Below, piece by piece: positions 49,363 to 58,450 of a stretch of DNA of 64,000 nt. Each line of letters starts with the position of its first letter. The stretch's first letter is position 1. Position numbers and translations under genes: made by a program. Origin of the DNA: an uncultured Collinsella sp. (GTDB taxonomy: Bacteria > Actinomycetota > Coriobacteriia > Coriobacteriales > Coriobacteriaceae); assembly GCA_900768435.1 (NCBI GenBank), contig CAAGCW010000003.1:4599-68598 (forward strand), read 5' to 3'. Below the pieces are notes generated by a model. It ran no database searches, was not told the origin of the DNA, and was given only the letters and a program-made list of their open reading frames with translations.

Positions 49363-50802
49363 CTAGTCCACCGAGATGTTGAGCGCCTTACCGCCCTCGT
49401 CCTTCCTGGTACCGATCACCATAGCGGCGACAAGAGCCAGAACGAAAGCGACCACACCGGAGATGACAAGGCCGATAAAGCCCGTGTCGATGCCGGCAGG
49501 GTTAATAAAGCTCGGGAAACCGAGCGGGCCGGAGGCACCGAAGGCATAGAGTTTGGCACCCATGAGGCCGGCGATGGCGCCGCCTACACCAGCGGAAATA
49601 AAGGTTACCCACATAAGGCGCTTACGCGGCAGCAAGATGGCGTAAAGCGCAGGCTCGTTGACACCGAAAATCGAAGAGACAAGGGCGGGAATGTTGACGG
49701 CAGCATTTTCCTCGGAATCCTTGGTTCGGATGACCATGCCAAGCACAGCACCGGCGATGGCACAACCGCCTGCATACACGAGCGGGTTAATGAGGTCATA
49801 GCCGTAGGTTGCGACATCGAGAAACCACAGCGGGATGATACCCCAGTGCAGGCCGAACATGACGAGCAGGCTCCAGAACGTGCCGATGACGAAGCCGGCG
49901 ATGGCGGGCTGGAAGTTGATGAGCATCAAGATGATCTGGGCAACGATGTTGGAGAGGACCGTCATGACTGGACCGACCACAAGCAGGCCAAGGATGCCGC
50001 AAATGAGGAGCGTCAGGATGTTGGAGAAGAACGAGCTCACAAGCGCGGGCAGCGCGTTAGAAAGGGCCTTGTGCACCTTGGAGGCAATCCAGACGATAAA
50101 GATCGCAGGCAGAATCGTCGATGAGTAATTCTGCATGATCAGCGGGATGCCAAAAATATCACCGTAGACATTGGACTCGAAGACCGTACCGGCGCCGAGC
50201 GTGTAGAGCGGATCTCCGCCCATAAGGGCAACGAGCGTCGGGTAGACGAGGATACCGCCGAGCGCCATTCCCATAACGGGCTTAAGTCCGAACTTCTTGG
50301 CCGACGTCCAGCCAATGATTAGCGGAAAGTAATAGAAGACCGAATCTCCGATTGCCGAGAGCGTCACATACGTATTGCTGTCCTTGGCAAGCCAACCGGC
50401 AACCGTGCAGAGCGCGAGCATCGACTTGATAAAGCCACCGGCCATAAGCACGCCAAGAACCGGCTGCAGAATCTCGGAAATGATGGCGAGCAGACGCGAG
50501 AATGGATCGCCCTTTTTGACGTCGTCGCCCTCATCGATATCGAGTGCGGGTTTGGAGTCGAACCCGCCAATCTGAACAAGGTCGTTGTAGACGGCCTCGA
50601 CAGTGGCACCAATCACGACCTGATACTGTCCGCCGGCCTGGATGACGTCAACGACGCCCTTCGTCGCCTTAAGTTCATTGGTCTGGGCGAGCGATTCATC
50701 CTTGAGGTGGAAGCGGAGACGCGTAATGCAGTGGCTCACGTCTAACACATTGTCTCGACCACCGACCTTTGTGATGATTTCATCGCAAAGCTTCTGGTAT
50801 TT
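49363..50802 (-). CDS. PTS EIIBC component (glucose/glucoside superfamily; MurP/BglF-like domain order)
   Basis: EIIB motif CITRLR at the N-terminus followed by EIIC. Start at MKYQ with RBS aaggag. Confidence 0.7.
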   Translation of the reverse strand, partial: KYQKLCDEIITKVGGRDNVLDVSHCITRLRFHLKDESLAQTNELKATKGVVDVIQAGGQYQVVIGATVEAVYNDLVQIGGFDSKPALDIDEGDDVKKGDPFSRLLAIISEILQPVLGVLMAGGFIKSMLALCTVAGWLAKDSNTYVTLSAIGDSVFYYFPLIIGWTSAKKFGLKPVMGMALGGILVYPTLVALMGGDPLYTLGAGTVFESNVYGDIFGIPLIMQNYSSTILPAIFIVWIASKVHKALSNALPALVSSFFSNILTLLICGILGLLVVGPVMTVLSNIVAQIILMLINFQPAIAGFVIGTFWSLLVMFGLHWGIIPLWFLDVATYGYDLINPLVYAGGCAIAGAVLGMVIRTKDSEENAAVNIPALVSSIFGVNEPALYAILLPRKRLMWVTFISAGVGGAIAGLMGAKLYAFGASGPLGFPSFINPAGIDTGFIGLVISGVVAFVLALVAAMVIGTRKDEGGKALNISVD

Positions 50803-50998
50803 CATGGAATTCTCCTTTTTCTGAGCGGGGCATAGCGTAGATTTCAGGCCTCCGTAGTCGACGTGGGAGGGCAAGGAACCCACTTCCCCCTTTGAAATCC
50901 GCGGACGCACGTACGCCCGGGATAGGAAACGGCAGAGAAGATGGAAGATGCCGATCACATGGCAGCGAGCCTCATTAGCCCATGTCACGCAATCAGGT

Positions 50999-52117
50999 CT
51001 ACAGACGCGAATCTGCTGCGCCGAGAAGTCTCGTCGTCTGGCAGAACTTGTCACACAGACGTTCCGGTTCGCCCTGGGGAATCTGAGTACGCTCGGTCTC
51101 AAAGGAGAGGCCGTACTCGCGTGCCGGAAGGAAATACTCGAAATAGCCGTTGGTGTAACCGCAAACTATTCCCTCGACCGGACATTCGCGCTTCATGCGA
51201 ATACCCAGGTCGCTGCCGAGCTCACTCGGGAACACAAAGAGATGCAGGCCGCCCAAACTGATGACGGCACACTTAAGCGTGAGCGAAAAGTCGTCATGGG
51301 CAACGGTGTGATAGAACGTCTGAGGCTCGATGCGGTCAAGAACGACCTCGCGATCGAGCTTGATCTGGGAAATCGCCTCGGCAAGACCGGTCGAAACACG
51401 CTCAACCTCGGGAATGCCGCGTCCCTGGCGAAAATTGCGGTCGCTACAGTCGCCAGCAGCACCGACGACCATGGCCGGATAGTAACCAAGACTCTGAGCG
51501 AGCTTTTTGCCGGTAAGACCGGCGAGTTCGCTCGTGAGCTCCGTGCAGTCGGGTCCGACACAGGCAGAATGCACCGCCCAGTTCACAAAGCCCGCAAACG
51601 ATTTGCCTTCGTCATCGAAGAACGACACCACGATAACCTCATTGTCGGCAAGCTCTCCGGGAATGATGCGGTTGTCGTAGAAACCGGTGATGACTTTTTT
51701 GCCCATGCGGCAGGTCGCAGGTCGCGCGTTGGCGCGGCACTCTTCGAAGCATTGACAGATGGTATCGAGGAACCAGCGATAGTAGTCCTCGTTGAATTTT
51801 CCCGTCCACCAGCTGCGATGGTAGGCGACGATCGAAGTGTGGTCGTGCGTCGCGGAGAGCAGAACGCAATCACGGTCGATTCCGTAGCGCTCGGCGAGCA
51901 TCGTCTTAACCTCCTCGGCCATGCTCTCCTCAAACTCGAGAACATCGGCGTTAAAGAGAAAAACTTCGCGGTCGTCCTGTTGGAAAAGAATCGCGTTGGC
52001 GAAGACGTCGTCATGGACGCCTGTCGCAGGCTCCAGACGGTTGGGGAGGTTACGGTATCCGATTAGATAGATGTCGCCTTGCGGGGTAATCTTGCGGCGT
52101 GCATGTCCGATATTCAT
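50999..52117 (-). CDS. Neutral/alkaline ceramidase-like N-terminal-domain hydrolase (uncharacterised bacterial family)
   Basis: GHARRKITPQGDIYLIGY...GVHDDVFANAILF...VLLSATHDHTS matches the ceramidase N-terminal pattern G.A..DITP..G..L.GY...GVHD...ARA...SATHTHSGP. ATGA-coupled to the upstream paralog. Confidence 0.5.
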   Translation of the reverse strand: MNIGHARRKITPQGDIYLIGYRNLPNRLEPATGVHDDVFANAILFQQDDREVFLFNADVLEFEESMAEEVKTMLAERYGIDRDCVLLSATHDHTSIVAYHRSWWTGKFNEDYYRWFLDTICQCFEECRANARPATCRMGKKVITGFYDNRIIPGELADNEVIVVSFFDDEGKSFAGFVNWAVHSACVGPDCTELTSELAGLTGKKLAQSLGYYPAMVVGAAGDCSDRNFRQGRGIPEVERVSTGLAEAISQIKLDREVVLDRIEPQTFYHTVAHDDFSLTLKCAVISLGGLHLFVFPSELGSDLGIRMKRECPVEGIVCGYTNGYFEYFLPAREYGLSFETERTQIPQGEPERLCDKFCQTTRLLGAADSRL

Positions 52118-53382
52118 GCAAGGTCTCCTTTTTGTCGCGCCGCGTTTAAAGCGGCAAGGATGGTTTGGAGGAGGCGCTCATGGGAACCGGCGGCAAAGCC
52201 GGAGTTCATGGCCTCATAGGTGATTTTCTCGTACGCATCGGGGGCCGGCAGATACTTCTGCCCTCCGTTGACAAGCGTGGCAAAGAGCACGGGGCAGAAT
52301 CGGGCGGCGCGCACGGCGGCGCCAAACGAGCTCGAAACCTCGGGCTGGATACCAACGAACTCGGCATTTCCCAGCCGAAGTAAATAGACCCTCGTACGCT
52401 GTTCGCCCGCCGCATGAAACTCATAAGTTCGATGCGGGGCCAATGAGCAGAAGTCGGCGCGCGTCTGGGCGGGCAAAAGGACGTCGACCGTGCGAGCATC
52501 GACGCCGATGGCATCGTCCTCACGCGCCGCACGGACGGCCTCAATCAACGCATCGCTCAGAACGCGACCCTGTCGATGCAGCATGCGATATCCACTCTCG
52601 TGAGCATCTAACGTTTGCTTCGCCCCGGTCGAATCAAACGCAACGGTCACGGCGCGCTCCGCCGGACTCTGATCCCCCGCGGCACCGGGCAGCAGCAACA
52701 CGACTCCGCCCAATTCGCGCTCGAGAGCCATGGCGGCAAAGCCAAAGAGGTCCCCGCTCACCACGCGCTTCCCTTGAGAATCGTGCGATCCGTCGAGCAC
52801 GGAAGACTGGACATCAGCCGTCGCAAGCATGGCAACGAGCCCGCCCTCGGCATCCCTCGCGACAAGTACGGGCATCGCGTGGTCGGCAAACCCCTTGGGG
52901 TCTACTCCCAGCCACCAGCCGGCCGGCGTCTCAATGTCGCGGTTAACGTTCACAGGACAGTGGCCCTCCGCCGAGGCGAGCGTGACAGAGCGAATGCCCG
53001 CAACCGCCTGCTCAACAGCCGCGCGTGTCGCGGCGATGAGCGCGGCACGATAGCGCTCATTTCGATCGCGGGCATCGGTGTCGGCCAGATGCCCAGGGGT
53101 GCGCACGTGAGGCGCAGAAAACGTGTGGGTCGGGACCACCCAAGAAAAGGCGCCGTCGCAATTGGAGACATCCTTGACAACCTCACGCAGATCGGCGAGT
53201 AGGGCCGGAGCGATCGAGGTAACCTCAAGTGAAAGGATGCAAGCGCGCCGCCCCATCCCTTCGACCACGAAGGCACGGACAAAGATTTCATGACGGAGTG
53301 CGTCGAAACCGTCGAACGGCAATACGTCCTCTAAGTTAATGGCCACCCGGGCGGCTCCGGCCTTCATCTCTCCCTTATCCAT
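52114..53382 (-). CDS. Paralogous ceramidase-like hydrolase
   Basis: AGAARVAINLED...VRAFVVE...VVPTHTFSAPH follows the same pattern. RBS aaggaggg. Confidence 0.45.
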   Translation of the reverse strand: MDKGEMKAGAARVAINLEDVLPFDGFDALRHEIFVRAFVVEGMGRRACILSLEVTSIAPALLADLREVVKDVSNCDGAFSWVVPTHTFSAPHVRTPGHLADTDARDRNERYRAALIAATRAAVEQAVAGIRSVTLASAEGHCPVNVNRDIETPAGWWLGVDPKGFADHAMPVLVARDAEGGLVAMLATADVQSSVLDGSHDSQGKRVVSGDLFGFAAMALERELGGVVLLLPGAAGDQSPAERAVTVAFDSTGAKQTLDAHESGYRMLHRQGRVLSDALIEAVRAAREDDAIGVDARTVDVLLPAQTRADFCSLAPHRTYEFHAAGEQRTRVYLLRLGNAEFVGIQPEVSSSFGAAVRAARFCPVLFATLVNGGQKYLPAPDAYEKITYEAMNSGFAAGSHERLLQTILAALNAARQKGDLA

Positions 53383-53408
53383 GGCGAACGCCCTCCTTTA
53401 TCTGTCGC

Positions 53409-54443
53409 TCACTCGATGCCGTACAGGCGCTGTGCCGTGCCGCCAAGTATAAGGTCCTTGTCCGTATCACTTAAATCCGTGGCGCGGACGCAGGCGACAC
53501 CCTCTGTTAGCCACTCGCGTTTAACGGGATAACTCGTACCAAAGACAATATGGTCTGCACCAAGGACTTCAACCGCACAGGCAAGAAGTGTCTCGCCCCA
53601 GGGCTGAGCATGGGACATGTCGAAATAAACGTTGTTCTCAAGACGCTTGGAGACCGTCTCGGTATCGGTCTGGAAGCGACCCGAGGCATCTGGACGCTTG
53701 GGACCGTGCGGCAGCAGCATCTCCTTAAACGCAAAATAAGCGCCACCGAGCATGGAGTGGACCATCTTGACGTTGGGATAACGCTCGAAGAAGTCGCTGA
53801 AGATTTCACGACCGATCACCGTGGTCTGGTCGACGCAACGGCCGTAGGAGCGACGCAGGTTGTCGTATGCGAGCAGCGACGTATGCTCGACCGGTACGGG
53901 CACATGGTGCACGTAAACGGTGACGCTGCGTTCGTTCAGTCGCTCAAAAAAGCCCGAAAAGATCGGATCGTCAAGATAGCGCTTGCCGTAGTGGGCGCAG
54001 AGTTGCACGCCCGCGAAACCCTCGTCGAGCCTGCGATCGAGTTCCTCAAGGTTCGCCTCGGTGCCAAAGGGAGGCACGGCGACAAGCGGTATCAAGCGAC
54101 CGTTCGACGCTTTTGCGTCAGCGGCCATACCATCGTTGAAGCGCCGGCACATCTCGAGTGACATCCACTCATGGCAGCCGGGGAGTTTGAGAATCGCTTT
54201 ATCGACCCCCGCCTCGTCCATGTCTGCCAGACGCTTCTCAAGGGTGTAGTCTCCCTCGATATAGTTGAGGCCCGGGAAGCCAGCGGGCTTTTCGATCACA
54301 ATCTGTCGCTTGCCCGTGGGGCTTACGGTCAGGTAGCCCTCGGTGTCGTAAGCGCGGGGCACCTCGGCCAAAAACTGTTCACAGAGTGTCTCGTCATGGA
54401 AGATGCGCTCGTCAAACCAGTAGGAATTTGCATCGATAATCAT
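53409..54443 (-). CDS. Amidohydrolase_2 (ACMSD-like) TIM-barrel metal-dependent hydrolase
   Basis: MIIDANSYWFDE start, HHV...HY and D..E metal-ligand pattern. Start at internal ATG with RBS gaaaggcgg. Confidence 0.6.
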   Translation of the reverse strand: MIIDANSYWFDERIFHDETLCEQFLAEVPRAYDTEGYLTVSPTGKRQIVIEKPAGFPGLNYIEGDYTLEKRLADMDEAGVDKAILKLPGCHEWMSLEMCRRFNDGMAADAKASNGRLIPLVAVPPFGTEANLEELDRRLDEGFAGVQLCAHYGKRYLDDPIFSGFFERLNERSVTVYVHHVPVPVEHTSLLAYDNLRRSYGRCVDQTTVIGREIFSDFFERYPNVKMVHSMLGGAYFAFKEMLLPHGPKRPDASGRFQTDTETVSKRLENNVYFDMSHAQPWGETLLACAVEVLGADHIVFGTSYPVKREWLTEGVACVRATDLSDTDKDLILGGTAQRLYGIE

Positions 54444-54670
54444 TGGTGGGGACCGCCTTTCATCTTGTCGAGAACATTCTAAAAAAGCGGACACACGGAC
54501 ATCAATTCCAGTTGAAGCACACTGTATTCCATTTTGGAATACAGTTTTCCGTTCACACGCGAACCCCACTCACCCAAACGATCGAGACGCCGACAACGCG
54601 AGCTTTAACAGAAAACGGGCGACCCGAATCTGTTACGGGCCGCCCGTTAAATGACAAACTATCTCTGTCG

Positions 54671-56191
54671 TTATGATTGACGGTAATGGTCAAAAAAGTC
54701 GGCGAGATCTTCGAGGGACTCTTTGAGCACTTCCATGCGCGGCAGGTACACGATACGGAAGTGGTCGGGCTCAGCCCAGTTAAAGCCGCCGCCGCGCGTG
54801 ATCAGGATCTTCTTCTCGTGCAGCAGGTCAAGGGCGAACTGCTCGTCATCGGTAATGTTGAACTTCTTCACATCCATCTTGGGGAAGATGTAGAACGCCG
54901 CACGGGGCTTGACCACCGAGATGCCGTCAATCTTGTTGAGCGCCTCATACACAAAGTTGCGCTGCTCGTAGACACGGCCGCCGGGGCGGATGTAGTCGTT
55001 GACGGACTGATGGCCACCGAGCGCCGTCTGAACGATCGACTGAGCCGGCACGTTGGAGCACAGGCGCATGTTGGAGAGCATGTTGATGCCCATGATGAAG
55101 TCGCTCATGCAGCGCTGGTTGCCCGAAAGCACCATCCAGCCAATACGATAGCCCGCGATCATGTGCGACTTGGACAGACCGCTAAAGGTAACGCAGGGTA
55201 GGTCGGGGGCGAGCGAGGCAATCGAGACGTGCTCGTAGCCGTCCATGCACAGGCGGTCGTAGATCTCATCGGCAAAGATCATCAGCTGATGCCTGCGTGC
55301 AACCTCGACGATGCCCTCGAGCACCTCGCGCGGATAGACGGAACCCGTGGGGTTGTTGGGGTTGATGATGACGAGGGCTTTGGTCGCGCTCGTGATCTTG
55401 GACTCCATATCCTCCAGGTCGGGATACCAATCCGCTTGCTCATCACACAAATAATGTACGGGATGACCGCCGGCAAGGGTTGCGCACGCCGTCCAGAGCG
55501 GATAGTCGGGGCTGGGGATCAGAATCTCGTCGCCATTGTCGAGCAGCGCGTTCATCGAAAGCTGAATGAGCTCGGATACGCCGTTGCCTGTGTAGATATG
55601 CTCCATCTGAACGTTGGGCAAGCCCTTGATCTGCGAATACTGCATGATCGCCTTGCGCGCGGAGAACAGGCCACGCGAGTTGGAATAGCCTTCGCAGTCG
55701 GGCAGCTGCTGGCGCATGTCCTTGATGACCTCATCGGGCGTGCGGAAACCGAAGGGCGCCGGGTTGCCGATATTGAGCTTGAGGATGCGCTCGCCCTCGT
55801 CCTCCATACGGGCGGCCTCGTCGACGACGGGACCGCGCACGTCATACAGGACGTTATCGAGCTTGGTGGATTTAGAAAAAGTACGCATGGTGGCGCTCCT
55901 TGCAATTTGAGCTGAGGGATGGGGTTCGGGCTTGGAATCGTTGCGGGGAGATGATTCCTCGCCTTGGTCGGCGTCACCGGCGAGCAGCCAGGTAACATCG
56001 ACCTCCAAAATACGGGCGAGCAGCTCTGCCACATCGCGCCGCGGAATCGTCTTGCCGCTCACATATTGGCTCATCTGACTCTTGCCGAATTTTTTACCGA
56101 GCATCTCCGATGCGCGGATTACGTCCGACTGGCGAACGTCGCGATCGGACATAGTCTGTCGCAGGCGATCGCTAAACGTCTCTTGGGCCAC
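54671..56191 (-). CDS. Fusion of an N-terminal XRE-type HTH domain to an AlaA-like glutamate-pyruvate aminotransferase
   Basis: Residues from about 115 onward align closely with E. coli AlaA (KLNIGNPAPFGF, SKSHMIAGYRIGW). The N-terminal 100 aa form an XRE HTH (LRQTMSDRDVRQSDV...VSGKTIPRRDVAELLARIL). GTG start with RBS aaggagg. A second RBS (gcaaggag) precedes an internal ATG at the canonical AlaA start (about 55890). Confidence 0.7.
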   Translation of the reverse strand: MAQETFSDRLRQTMSDRDVRQSDVIRASEMLGKKFGKSQMSQYVSGKTIPRRDVAELLARILEVDVTWLLAGDADQGEESSPRNDSKPEPHPSAQIARSATMRTFSKSTKLDNVLYDVRGPVVDEAARMEDEGERILKLNIGNPAPFGFRTPDEVIKDMRQQLPDCEGYSNSRGLFSARKAIMQYSQIKGLPNVQMEHIYTGNGVSELIQLSMNALLDNGDEILIPSPDYPLWTACATLAGGHPVHYLCDEQADWYPDLEDMESKITSATKALVIINPNNPTGSVYPREVLEGIVEVARRHQLMIFADEIYDRLCMDGYEHVSIASLAPDLPCVTFSGLSKSHMIAGYRIGWMVLSGNQRCMSDFIMGINMLSNMRLCSNVPAQSIVQTALGGHQSVNDYIRPGGRVYEQRNFVYEALNKIDGISVVKPRAAFYIFPKMDVKKFNITDDEQFALDLLHEKKILITRGGGFNWAEPDHFRIVYLPRMEVLKESLEDLADFFDHYRQS

Positions 56192-56203
56192 AGGAACCTC
56201 CTT

Positions 56204-56300
56204 GCTGGCAAAGTTCAATTTATAGAACACGAATTGAACCAGGGTTCAATTTAGCAAGCAGTATAGCGCGGCACCTCATTTGAAAGTTCAATTTCAAAAA
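56204..56300 (-). promoter_or_regulatory. Promoter/operator region: -10 TATACT plus four GTTCAATT-type repeats, including the palindrome GAATTGAACC-AGG-GTTCAATTT
   Basis: Motifs at 56211-56221, 56231-56252 and 56284-56294. The -10 on the minus strand lies at about 56262-56267. Confidence 0.4.
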
Positions 56301-56354
56301 TAAAATGAGCCAAACCTCGAGATTTATCCCAAAGCGTCAACGGCGTGCGCTCAT

Positions 56355-57212
56355 TTAGAGGTATTCAATGAATCGAGCGGCGGCAAGTGAAACATCGGCC
56401 GTTCGATATATGGCGTTGATCTGCCGATGGGGATGTCCTTCGAGCGAACGAATGGCGACATTGAACTGGCAGCGGCGCAAGATGAGCGCCGGAAGGACGC
56501 TCACGCCCAGGCCGTCCTCGACCATGGCCATAATCGCATAGTCATCCCAGGTCGACAGCTTTGAGCGCACGGTCAGCCCCGCCCGACGGAACAGCGGCGT
56601 AATCTCGTCATCGGTGCCGCGTTCCAGCAGAATAAACTGCTCGTTGGCCAAATCGGCAAGAGAGACGACCTCTTCAGTGGCAAGCAAAGAGTCTGCCGGC
56701 ACTACCGCCATCAACTCGTCGCGCACCAAAGACCGCGACGTCATGCCATTTTCTCGGGGCTCATGCGGGATAAAGCCCAGATCGCAGCGGCCCTCTGCCA
56801 CCCATTGTTCAATCTCTGAATAGTCGCCCATCAGCAACTCGTAATCAATGTCTGGATAATCGGCACGAAAACGAGCAATCACCGGCGGCAGCACGTGGGT
56901 CGCCACGCTCGAAAACGTACCGATGCAGATTTTGCCGCGCATGAGCCCACGCATCTCATCCACGCGTCGCTGCAAGCGAACGAATTCCTCGCAGAGCGCC
57001 TCGACAGCCGGCATGACCTGCCGCCCGTCAGCAGAAAGAACCACACCCTCGCGACTGCGGTCGAGCACCTTAAAGCCCCAATCGGCCTCAAGATCGGCCA
57101 CCATGCGGCTCACGCCCGATTGCGAATAGCTCAGGCGCTCGGCGGCGCGCGTAAAGCTTCCGGCGCGCACTGTCTCGAGCAGCACCTGCATCTTTTGAAT
57201 ATTCGTTTCCAC
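56355..57212 (-). CDS. LysR-family transcriptional regulator
   Basis: LysR HTH (FTRAAERLSYSQSGVSRMV). GTG start preceded by ggagg. Divergent from the EamA gene. Confidence 0.7.
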   Translation of the reverse strand: METNIQKMQVLLETVRAGSFTRAAERLSYSQSGVSRMVADLEADWGFKVLDRSREGVVLSADGRQVMPAVEALCEEFVRLQRRVDEMRGLMRGKICIGTFSSVATHVLPPVIARFRADYPDIDYELLMGDYSEIEQWVAEGRCDLGFIPHEPRENGMTSRSLVRDELMAVVPADSLLATEEVVSLADLANEQFILLERGTDDEITPLFRRAGLTVRSKLSTWDDYAIMAMVEDGLGVSVLPALILRRCQFNVAIRSLEGHPHRQINAIYRTADVSLAAARFIEYL

Positions 57213-57330
57213 GGCAGTCCTCCATCCTTGCATGAGCTTTTGTCATGTCTGCCATGCATTATATTCGCTTTTCTTCTAAAGCCAGTTCACCCATAGTGAA
57301 GATGCTCGGATATAGAGGGGATGTCAGCGC

Positions 57331-58242
57331 ATGAACAACGGACTGTTTACGTACTTAGCAGCATTGCTATTGTTTGGCTCCAACGGCATCATCGCCGCTG
57401 CCATCGCGCTGCCGAGCTCCGATATCGTGCTACTACGCACGTTTTTGGGCGCACTCTCGCTTGTCACCATCCTCGCCATCACCCAACGCCATAAGTTGCA
57501 GGCGCCATCTCGCCCCCGCGAAGCCGCAGCCCTCCTCCTCTCGGGAGCCGCGCTGGGCGCCAGCTGGATTTTTCTATTCCGCGCCTACCAGACGATCGGC
57601 GTCGGCGTATCCTCGCTGCTGTACTACTGCGGCCCCATCATTGTCATGGCGCTCTCCCCGCTCATCTTTGGCGAAAAGCTGACCGGTGGCAAAATCGCCG
57701 GCTTCATCGCCGTTGCTTGCGGTGCTTTTCTCATTGCAGCGCAAGGTCTAGGCGGCAATATGCCCATTGCTGGTATCGCTTGCGGAATCGCCTCGGCATT
57801 TTGCTATGCGCTGATGGTCATCGCTAGCAAGGGTGCGCCACACATCGAAGGCCTCGAAAACTCCACGCTCCAGGTGAGCGCCGGCTTTGTGACCGCACTG
57901 GTCCTCACGCTCATCACGCAGGGCGTCCCCTCATTCCTGTCCGCCGGCGTCGCCGCCGGTATTGATTGGCGCGCCGTCGTCATGCTCGGCGTCGTCAACA
58001 CCGGCATCGGTTGCCTGCTCTACTTTAGTGCCGTCGCCAAACTGCCCGTCCAGACCGTCGCGGTTGTCGGCTACCTCGAGCCGCTTTCGGCCGTCGTGTT
58101 CTCCGCCGTCCTTTTAGGCGAAGCCATAACACCGGTCCGCCTGATGGGCGCCGCACTTATCATCGGCGGTGCGATCTTTTGCGAACTCGCCGGTAAGCGC
58201 GCAAGCGCCAAGGCCGGTATCGCCCAGGCAGTACGTGCCTAA
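57331..58242 (+). CDS. DMT/EamA-family transporter
   Basis: Ten TM helices with duplicated EamA halves. Confidence 0.7.
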   Translation: MNNGLFTYLAALLLFGSNGIIAAAIALPSSDIVLLRTFLGALSLVTILAITQRHKLQAPSRPREAAALLLSGAALGASWIFLFRAYQTIGVGVSSLLYYCGPIIVMALSPLIFGEKLTGGKIAGFIAVACGAFLIAAQGLGGNMPIAGIACGIASAFCYALMVIASKGAPHIEGLENSTLQVSAGFVTALVLTLITQGVPSFLSAGVAAGIDWRAVVMLGVVNTGIGCLLYFSAVAKLPVQTVAVVGYLEPLSAVVFSAVLLGEAITPVRLMGAALIIGGAIFCELAGKRASAKAGIAQAVRA

Positions 58243-58345
58243 ACGCCCCTCTTCAGTTCAAAGCAGGGGTGCGTCCGCGATTAACACACTGCAGCAAACC
58301 ATACAGCGGATACGCCCCTGTTTTGAAATGCTACCTGCGTACATG

Positions 58346-58369
58346 AATAATCCCCAGCTGGGGATTATT
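58346..58369 (+). promoter_or_regulatory. Perfect 11-bp-arm palindrome in the kup leader
   Basis: aataatcccc-agc-tggggattatt. Preceded by alternative CCCCT/AGGGG pairing segments at 58250-58325. Confidence 0.3.
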
Positions 58370-58450
58370 GTCTAAAACACCCCGATGTGCCAAACTGCTC
58401 TTAAATGTATAAAGATGGCATAAAGGTCTACTGCTCTTTGCAGAGGCCAG

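Noticed and set aside
58243-58450. Calling the kup leader a c-di-AMP (ydaO) riboswitch
   Set aside because: The conserved ydaO sequence blocks could not be matched by eye. The region is kept only as a low-confidence structured-leader candidate, not called as an ncRNA feature.
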